The notes below the pieces were generated by a model, which was given only the letters and a program-made list of their open reading frames with translations, did not search any database and was not told where the DNA came from. A stretch of DNA of 64,000 nt from an uncultured Collinsella sp. (GTDB taxonomy: Bacteria > Actinomycetota > Coriobacteriia > Coriobacteriales > Coriobacteriaceae). The first letter of the stretch is position 1, and each line of letters starts with the position of its first letter. Shown piece after piece: positions 53,517 to 61,100 of this stretch. The DNA is taken from assembly GCA_900552145.1 (NCBI GenBank), contig URYW01000003.1, positions 4,736 to 68,735 of the forward strand. The letters are read 5' to 3'. The position numbers and the translations under genes are program-made.

Positions 53517-54690
53517 AGCGGCTCCTTCCAAAGATCAGCGTAGCGGCGGCAACGAACAGCAGCGCCATAAGGACCAGCGCGCCCGCACGGATGACAAAGG
53601 GACCCAGGTCCTCAAAGAAATACAGGCGGTTGAACATGTCGCAGATAAGCTTGACGGGGTTGAGCCAGCACTCGGCCGGACAGGCGCGGGCGACGTCGTC
53701 GGCAAGCGCCATCGCCGGCTCGCCGTAGAGGCCGGCGAACAAGGCGCACGTGGTAGCAAAGCCCGTGAGGATGCCGGACTTGGACGCCTTGCCGCCCTTA
53801 ACGGGAAGCGTGCCCACAAAGAGCCCCAGGCCCGTGGCGGCAAGCGCGGAAGCGGCACCGCCCACCAGCCACAGCCCCTCGCGCCCGCCAAAGTCGACGC
53901 TCACGACCAGGCGCACGTAGCCGATCGCGATCGTCATCGAGGCAAAGGAGACCAGCCACGAGCCAACAAAGATGCCGGCCAGCGACGCTGTCTTGGAAAG
54001 ACCGCCCACGCAGCGACGTGCACCAAGGCCGGACAGATTGGGCTGCAGGTCGACGACGCTCAAGGCGGTAAACTCGGCAGACATCATCGCGACCAGGCCA
54101 AAGAGCGCGTAGTAGTAGATGACCGTGCCGTCGGGCGTGGTGCGTGTCAGGCTTACGCGGCGGGTGCCGCCCTCGAGCGACAGGGCGCGCGCAACCGCCT
54201 CCGGGTCGGCGAGCGCCGCCGGATTGTCCTGGGCAATCTGGCGCATGAGCTCGGCATTTTGCGTATACGAGCTTGCCACCGTCTCCAAAATTCTGCGATC
54301 GGTGAGCACCGACGATGCGCGCGAGCTGTCGTAGCTCGATAGCAGTGTGAGCTTGGGTGTGCCCGCGACATCGACCGTGTAGATGCCCGCAACCTCGCCG
54401 GCCTTAAGCGCACGGTTCGCATCGGCTGCGTCGTCGAGCTCGTAGATCTCGAGCAGCTGATCGTCGCCTTCCTTGGCAAGCGAAGCCGCCGCATCCTTAA
54501 AGGTCGAGGCGTCCCAGGCCTCATCCGCTACGACGGCCACTGGCACCGGGTCGATCTTGCCGTCGGAGCTGAGGTTCGCAAACATAAACATAAACATCGT
54601 GGAAAGCGCGATGGGAAAGAGAGCGCCCCAAACCCACGTGCTCGGCCGGCGCAGCAGCGTCTTGACCGTAATGATAATGGTGTTGAACAT
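53503..54690 (-). CDS. ABC-2 family permease
   Basis: FPIALSTMF, PVAVV, IYYYAL, C-terminal TMs. Confidence 0.85.
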   Translation of the reverse strand: MFNTIIITVKTLLRRPSTWVWGALFPIALSTMFMFMFANLSSDGKIDPVPVAVVADEAWDASTFKDAAASLAKEGDDQLLEIYELDDAADANRALKAGEVAGIYTVDVAGTPKLTLLSSYDSSRASSVLTDRRILETVASSYTQNAELMRQIAQDNPAALADPEAVARALSLEGGTRRVSLTRTTPDGTVIYYYALFGLVAMMSAEFTALSVVDLQPNLSGLGARRCVGGLSKTASLAGIFVGSWLVSFASMTIAIGYVRLVVSVDFGGREGLWLVGGAASALAATGLGLFVGTLPVKGGKASKSGILTGFATTCALFAGLYGEPAMALADDVARACPAECWLNPVKLICDMFNRLYFFEDLGPFVIRAGALVLMALLFVAAATLIFGRSRYEHL

Positions 54691-54699
54691 GGCCGCCCC

Positions 54700-55638
54700 C
54701 TAGTCGCGCAGCTCGCGGCCGGTGATCTCGAGGAACACGTCGTTGAGGGTCGGTGGCTCGCTCCACACGCGGCCGAGCGCAACGTCGGCAGCGCGCAGCG
54801 TGTCAAGGATGTCGACCAGGTTATGCGGGCTCGCCTCGCAGGCGCAGACGAGCTCGCCGCCGGACAGCTCAACCGAAAGCACGTGCTCAAGGGCGCGCAG
54901 CCGCTCGACCGTGGCGGCCTCGACGGCGCCGACCTCGACGGTCACGCGCTCGCCCATCTGAATCATGCGCTTGAGCTCGTCGTTGGTGCCCTGCGCCAGC
55001 ACGCGGCCACCGTCCATGATCATGATGCGGCTGCAGATTTGCTCGACTTCCTCCATGTAATGGCTGGTATACACCACCGTGGCGCCTTCGTCGCGCAGGC
55101 GGCAGATGCCCTCCAGGATGGCGTTGCGGCTCTGCGGGTCGACCGCCACCGTGGGCTCGTCAAAAAAGATGAGCTCGGGTTTGTGCGCGATGCCGCAGGC
55201 AATGTTGAGGCGACGCGCTAGGCCGCCCGAAAGCTTACCGGGGCGAAACTTGGTAAAGTCGCCCAGCCCGACAAAGTCGATGGCCTCGTCGACCAGTGCG
55301 CGGCGACGCTTTCGATCGTTGACGTAAAGGCTGCAGAAATAGTCGATGTTCTCGCGCACGGTGAGCTCGTCGAATACCGCCACCTGCTGCGGCACCACGC
55401 CGATGCGGCGCTTGAGGTCGTAGCGGGCGGGCGTCATGGGCTCGCCGAACAGCTCGATAGTGCCTTTGTCGTAGGCGAGCAACTGCAGAATACAGTTGAT
55501 GGACGTGGTCTTGCCCGAGCCGTTGGGGCCCAGCAGGCCAAAGATCTCGCCGGGGGCGATGCTCAGGTTAAAGTGGTCGAGCGCAATAAGGTCGTCATAG
55601 CGCTTGACGAGGTTTTCGACGTGGACGATGTCTGTCAT
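54700..55638 (-). CDS. ABC ATP-binding protein (LnrL-like exporter)
   Basis: GPNGSGKT, LSGGLARR, DEPTVAVD, YTSHYMEE. Confidence 0.93.
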   Translation of the reverse strand: MTDIVHVENLVKRYDDLIALDHFNLSIAPGEIFGLLGPNGSGKTTSINCILQLLAYDKGTIELFGEPMTPARYDLKRRIGVVPQQVAVFDELTVRENIDYFCSLYVNDRKRRRALVDEAIDFVGLGDFTKFRPGKLSGGLARRLNIACGIAHKPELIFFDEPTVAVDPQSRNAILEGICRLRDEGATVVYTSHYMEEVEQICSRIMIMDGGRVLAQGTNDELKRMIQMGERVTVEVGAVEAATVERLRALEHVLSVELSGGELVCACEASPHNLVDILDTLRAADVALGRVWSEPPTLNDVFLEITGRELRD

Positions 55639-55835
55639 GAGGCGGCCCTTCTGTTGATTGCGGCCCGGTACGATTGCATCATCGCAGGAGCCGCCGGCGC
55701 GCGCCAGTGAGCTTTGTCACGAGTGCGGAGCTTGGCCGTGCGGCCTGCCGATGTCCCCGCTTTGCCGCGTGGGAGGAATGTCACGGTTGCGCAGGCGGTC
55801 CCTCCACCACGCGCGGCTTCGCGTACAATGCCCAT

Positions 55836-56981
55836 ATGAACAGGCTTTTCGACAAATCAATCGTTCTGGCGTGCTGTATTGCGGCCGCCATGGGCCTTGC
55901 TGTGGACGCTCACCTGGTCGCGGCGTTTTGCCTTGGCGTTATTGCCACCTCACTGGCCGAGGTCGCACAGAGAAACCGCGCCCGCCGTGCGAGCGAGGCC
56001 GCGAGCTACGCTTACATCATCGCGGCTGTCTTCGTGCCGCCGTTTGTGCCGTTTGCGCCTCTCGCCTTCTATGACATCGCGCGGCGCGTGCGCCGTGAGC
56101 ACGCCTGGGTCGTACTGGGCATTGGCTCCGTCTTTGCCTTTGCGCTCGTCGCGGACCTTCGCACCGACGCGCTTACCGTCCGAACGCTCCTGCTGACCTC
56201 CATCCTTTCGGTCGCCGCCGCCTTGTTATCGCTACGTACCGCCCAGTTGGAGCGCGAGCAGCAGCGCATGCGCCGTACCCGCGACGAGCTGCAGGAACGA
56301 GCCCTCGCGCTCGAGGCGCGCAACCGCGATCTTGCTGACCGCCAGGACTACGAAGTCGAACTCGCGACACTCGCCGAGCGAGCCCGTATCGCGCGCGAGA
56401 TTCACGATAACGTCGGCCACCAGCTCACGCGCGCCTCGCTGCAGGCCGAGGCCCTGCGCGTCGTGCACGCCGACGAGCCCAGGGTTGCCGCCGATTTCAC
56501 CGACGTCAAACGCACGGTTGACGAGGCGCTCCAACTCGTGCGCGCCAGCGTCCACGCGCTCAACGACAATGCGACTGACCTCTCCGTGCAGCTCGAGCGC
56601 ATCGTTGAAGGCGCACGCTCGGACAGCGGTCCGCAGATTGAGCTTGAGGTTTTGGCCGAGCATACACCCGCCAACGTCGCCAACTGCTTTGCGGCAGTGC
56701 TACGCGAGGCGCTTTCCAACGCCATGCGCCACGCCCATGCCAAAACCATTACCGTGCGGTGCATGGAGCACCCATCGTTTTACCAGCTCATCGTTACCGA
56801 TGATGGAACGGGCGGGGTTCGAACAGGCGCCCGCAGCGCCACAGGGGGTATGGGGCTCGCCTCCATGCGCGAGCGTGTCGAGGCACTTGGCGGCACTTTC
56901 ACTGCCGGCTCGCGAGTCGGCGCCTCCGGATGGCGCGTGTTTGCCACCATTCCCAAGCAGCAAGGAGATGAGGGCCGATGA
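55836..56981 (+). CDS. Sensor histidine kinase (HisKA_3)
   Basis: ERARIAREIHDNVGH, REALSNAMRHA, DDG, GMGLASMRER. Confidence 0.92.
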   Translation: MNRLFDKSIVLACCIAAAMGLAVDAHLVAAFCLGVIATSLAEVAQRNRARRASEAASYAYIIAAVFVPPFVPFAPLAFYDIARRVRREHAWVVLGIGSVFAFALVADLRTDALTVRTLLLTSILSVAAALLSLRTAQLEREQQRMRRTRDELQERALALEARNRDLADRQDYEVELATLAERARIAREIHDNVGHQLTRASLQAEALRVVHADEPRVAADFTDVKRTVDEALQLVRASVHALNDNATDLSVQLERIVEGARSDSGPQIELEVLAEHTPANVANCFAAVLREALSNAMRHAHAKTITVRCMEHPSFYQLIVTDDGTGGVRTGARSATGGMGLASMRERVEALGGTFTAGSRVGASGWRVFATIPKQQGDEGR

Positions 56982-57607
56982 GGCTCATAGTTGTCGACGA
57001 CGACCATCTGGTGGTCGATTCACTCAAGATTATCCTGGGCGCTCAGCCGCAGATAGAGGTGGTGGGCACCGGTGCCGACGGCGACGACGCGGTCGCGCTC
57101 TACGCCGAGCACGCACCCGACATCGCACTGCTCGACATCCAGATGCCGAAGCGCGACGGACTTTCGGCGGCACGCGAAATCCTTGAGCGCGATCCCGCGG
57201 CGCGCGTGGTGTTTCTGACGACGTTTTCGGATGACGAGTACATTGTGTCGGCGCTCAAGTTGGGCGCCCGCGGCTACCTGATTAAAACCGATGTCGCCGC
57301 CATTCCGCCAGCGTTGGCGCAGGTCATGGATGGCAAACGCGTGCTCGAGGGAAAGGCGATCGAGGACATCGATTTTGACGGAACGGGCGTCGAGGCGGGC
57401 ACGACCCGCCGGCCCGCGGCCTTTGTCAGCCTGACCGACCGCGAGTTCGAAGTCGCAGAGCTCATCGCCCGCGGCCTCGACAACAAGGAGATTGCCGCCA
57501 CCGCCTATATGGGCGAAGGCACCGTGCGCAACCACATCAGCTCAATCCTTGCCAAAATGGGCCTGCGCAACCGCACCCAAATCGCCATCGCCTATCTGCG
57601 AGGCTAG
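56978..57607 (+). CDS. NarL-family response regulator
   Basis: VVDDD, LLDIQMP, GYLIK, LTDREFEV…GTVRNHISSIL. Confidence 0.93.
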   Translation: MRLIVVDDDHLVVDSLKIILGAQPQIEVVGTGADGDDAVALYAEHAPDIALLDIQMPKRDGLSAAREILERDPAARVVFLTTFSDDEYIVSALKLGARGYLIKTDVAAIPPALAQVMDGKRVLEGKAIEDIDFDGTGVEAGTTRRPAAFVSLTDREFEVAELIARGLDNKEIAATAYMGEGTVRNHISSILAKMGLRNRTQIAIAYLRG

Positions 57608-57637
57608 CCGCTGGCTGCCGCCAATTTGATGCCATTT

Positions 57638-57791
57638 CAAAACTATGCCGGTTTACTACGATGAACCGCATATCTCCGACCACGGCAAATTGCGCACTTA
57701 CAAAACCGCAGGTAGAACACTTGCGATATTTGCAAAAATGCGGATGTGGTCAGGAATCTCGGATTCATCGTAGTAAACCGGCATAGTTTTG
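57638..57791. repeat. 154-bp element with perfect 28-bp terminal inverted repeats
   Basis: caaaactatgccggtttactacgatgaa / ttcatcgtagtaaaccggcatagttttg; core caaaaccgcaggtagaac. Confidence 0.75.
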
Positions 57792-57882
57792 TTCGGGCGG
57801 CCCTGCACGAGTGTCTCCGCCAGCCTCGCGGGACCAAAATGAGCCGTTTTCCTCCGTCCCCAATGGATCAGCCGAAACCGCC

Positions 57883-58044
57883 CGCCACGAAATCGGCCCA
57901 TCTACTACGTTTGACTCGATACCCCTGACCATACCTTCGTTTTGAACAAAACCGCAGGCGTTCTACCTGCGGTTTTGTTTTTGCGCTTTTCGGCATGGTT
58001 GGGGGTAAGGGGCTAAACGTAGTAGATGGGCCGGTTTCGTGGCG
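57883..58044. repeat. 162-bp element with 30-bp terminal inverted repeats
   Basis: cgccacgaaatcggcccatctactacgttt / aaacgtagtagatgggccggtttcgtggcg; same core in the opposite orientation, forming an inner hairpin. Confidence 0.75.
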
Positions 58045-58180
58045 CGCCCTCCTCCCCAACGCACAAAAGCGCCACCACGGAGGAGGGAGATGCCTCCGTG
58101 GCGGCTGGGGGTAGGAGTAGGTCGGGATTTAGCCCTGCCGGCCGCCCGGGGCCTTTTGGCCCCGGGCGCTGTCGACGTGC

Positions 58181-61100
58181 CTAGCGCTTACGGATACCCC
58201 AGACCAGGGCTCCGACGCCGGCCATGGCGATGACAAATGTCATAAGCAGAGCGGCGGCCTGCTGGTCACTCGTGGTGGGCAGGAAACCCTTGACCGTCTT
58301 GACGATATTCGTCACGGTCTTGGGCGTGCCGGGATCGGGCGTCGGCACGGGCGTCTCGGGCTTCTTGTACGTGTTGTTGAACACGATACCCTCGACGCTC
58401 TTGTCGCCCTTGGCAAAGGCGACGCTTGCCTTGAGGCTGCCCTCGCCGTCATCGACCACGTTGACGGTCGCGGTAAAGACGGACTTGTCATAAGTCATAC
58501 CGGTCTCGTCGCCCTTGACCTCGCTGATGGTGTAGACGTACGTTCCGGGCTCGTCGTACTCGAACTTGTCGAAGTTGATCTTGCCGTCGGCATCGTTGGT
58601 GACGGTGGACTCGATGCCCTCGCCAACGAACTTAAAGCTGAACTCGTCCTTCTTGAGCTCGCGTCCCTCGAGCACCTTGATGGCGCCGATGGAGACTTGG
58701 GTGGGCATGGCGTGATACTTGTTGGTAAAACCAGCCGACTCGGTGGTTCCCTCGAGCTTGTGCGCCGCGGTCAGCGTGCCATCACCATTGTCGGAGACGG
58801 TGGTCACGACGGTGTAGGTCGTGCCGTCATAGGTGACGCCCTTGTACAGGCCGAGCGCGTTGGGGCAAGCCTCGCGCAGCGTGTACGTGTGCGTGCCGGG
58901 CGCCTCGTAGCGAATCGGGCTCAGCGTCACGGTGCCGTTAGCGTCGTTGGTGCCGTTAGCGACAACCACGTCGTCCTCGAGCAGCTCAAACGTGAACTCG
59001 CCGGCTGCAAGGTCGCGGCCGGTCAGACGCTTGACCGTCTTGACCTGATCGGTCACGGAAGAATCGGTGGGCGTCACGCCATAGGTGTTGGTGAACGTGA
59101 AGGCCGCACCGTCATCGCCGTCGCGCACGACGCTCAGATGTCCGGCACCATCGTCAGTCACGGTGTAGGAAACCTTGCGCGTGGCGTTGGCGTCGTTGGT
59201 CACGCCAGGGGCGCTACCGGACTCGGTCACCGTGTAGGCAAAGGTGTGCGAGCGCGGGGCGGTGGGGGCTGTGGGCTCGGACTCGTCGCTGGGCTCATCG
59301 GCGTTGGTATCAACGTCGGCGTCGGCCTCTTCAGCCTCCGCCTCGTCGGCCTCGACCTCGTCAGCTTCGTCTGCCTCGGCCCTATCGGTTGCATCGTCCG
59401 TCACGCCCAGGGCGCGGTTGAGGTCCTCGAGCGTAAAGTGGATCTTGCCAAAGTCCACGTTACCGGCTGCGTCGTTGGTTACGGTCGTGCGCTCGGGCAT
59501 CGGGGCACCTGCCTCGTCGGCGGTCACGGTAAAGGTGAACTTACCCGTGATGTCGGCCGGGGTCAGGCCCTCGGCAACCTGGAGCTTCTTAGTACCGGTG
59601 AGCGCGGCATCCACGGCGTCGGCGCCGTAGACGTTCTCGAACAAGGGCTCGACGCCGCCGTAGTCGACCGTCGCCGTCAGGGTACCGTCACCGTTGTCGA
59701 CGACGATAACCTTAAAGCCAAAGCTCCACGTTGTAGCGGAAACGCCATTCGGCAGCCCGAATAAATCTTCGTAGGCCGTGTAGTTAATGGTCCAGGCAAG
59801 CTTGCCGTCCTTATCGGTACGATAAGCAAGCCCAGCAGCCTCAAGATTAGCAAGCATCTTGGTGTCGTAGTGCAGCGTATCAAAGCTCACGTGCCCGCCG
59901 ATATTGGGCTTGAGGTTTTCGTATGCCACAAGCTCACCCTGATAGGCGATACCGAACCAGAACTCGCCGTCGGCCATCGGGCGACCGGTCAGAGTCTTGG
60001 TGGCAACGACCTGAGCAGCGGTGCCACCAGGCGTGTTGGTCGTAGCGCTGTAACTGTTGTGGAACGGCACCAGGGCCTTCTCGATCTTGTTCTCGCCACT
60101 CTTGTGGACCGTCTCATGCGTGCCCTCGGGACCACCGGAAACGGTCGTCGTAGCAGTGAGCGTACCGGCGGTGTCGTCGACGATGGCGATCGTCACCGTG
60201 CGTACGGCGTCATCGTAGGTGTAACCGGGCTGGCCGTCGTTCTTTTCGGCCACGGTGTACTTGAAGGTCTTGCCGGCGTCAGCTTGCGTAAATTTAACCT
60301 CATGACCAGCCAGAATGTCGATCAGTCCGACCGTTCCCTCTATCGTTGCGGGGGACTCGAAGTTGTTGGCCCCGGGCAGCAGGCCAAGTGCGCGAGCCGA
60401 ATCATCGTCGGTGGGCGTCACGGTAAAGGTGAATTGACCCTCGGTCATGGGACGTCCGCAGAGGGTCTTGCTGAGCTTGAGGCCGCCGGCCGCGGCGTAA
60501 TCGAGCTCAGTGCGGTATGTGTTGGTAAAGCGCCCGTTTTCCTTCTTGGTGACGTTGGCGGTCAGGTTGCCCTCGCCGTCCTCGGTCACGGTCACTTCGG
60601 CGGTTGCGACATGCGCGTCATACGTCATGCCGACCGTGCTGCCCGCGTTCTCGCGAATCTCGTACTTATAGGTTCCGGCAGCCGCAAAGTGAATCTTGCC
60701 GAACTTGATGGCGGCAATGCCGTCCTCCGCGTCCCCCTTGCTCACGGTTACGGTTGCGGGATCGGGCAGTGGGACGCCCTCGGGAGCGGTGATGGTAAAG
60801 CTAAACTCGTCCCCATCCGTCCAGTCGCGGCCGTCAATAGCCTTGCTCAGGCCAAAGTCGAGCTCCGCATCGAGCGGGGTCACGCTGTAGGTGTTCTTGA
60901 ACTCGGCAGGCTCGGTGCCCTTCAGAACATGTGTGACACTGAGCGCACCGTCGCCATTGTCCGTGATGGTGGTCTCGATGGCGTACTTGGCGTCACTGTA
61001 GGTGATGCCCTTGCTGGTGGTTCCGCCGTTGACCTCGCGCAGCGTGTAGGTGTGCTTGCCGGGCTTGTCGTAGGCAATCTTGTCCATGGCAATCGTGCCG

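Noticed and set aside
55707..55784. Three tgtc(a/c)c motifs between the divergent ABC and kinase genes as regulator sites
   Set aside because: Plausible, but short, unevenly spaced and too degenerate to support by eye.
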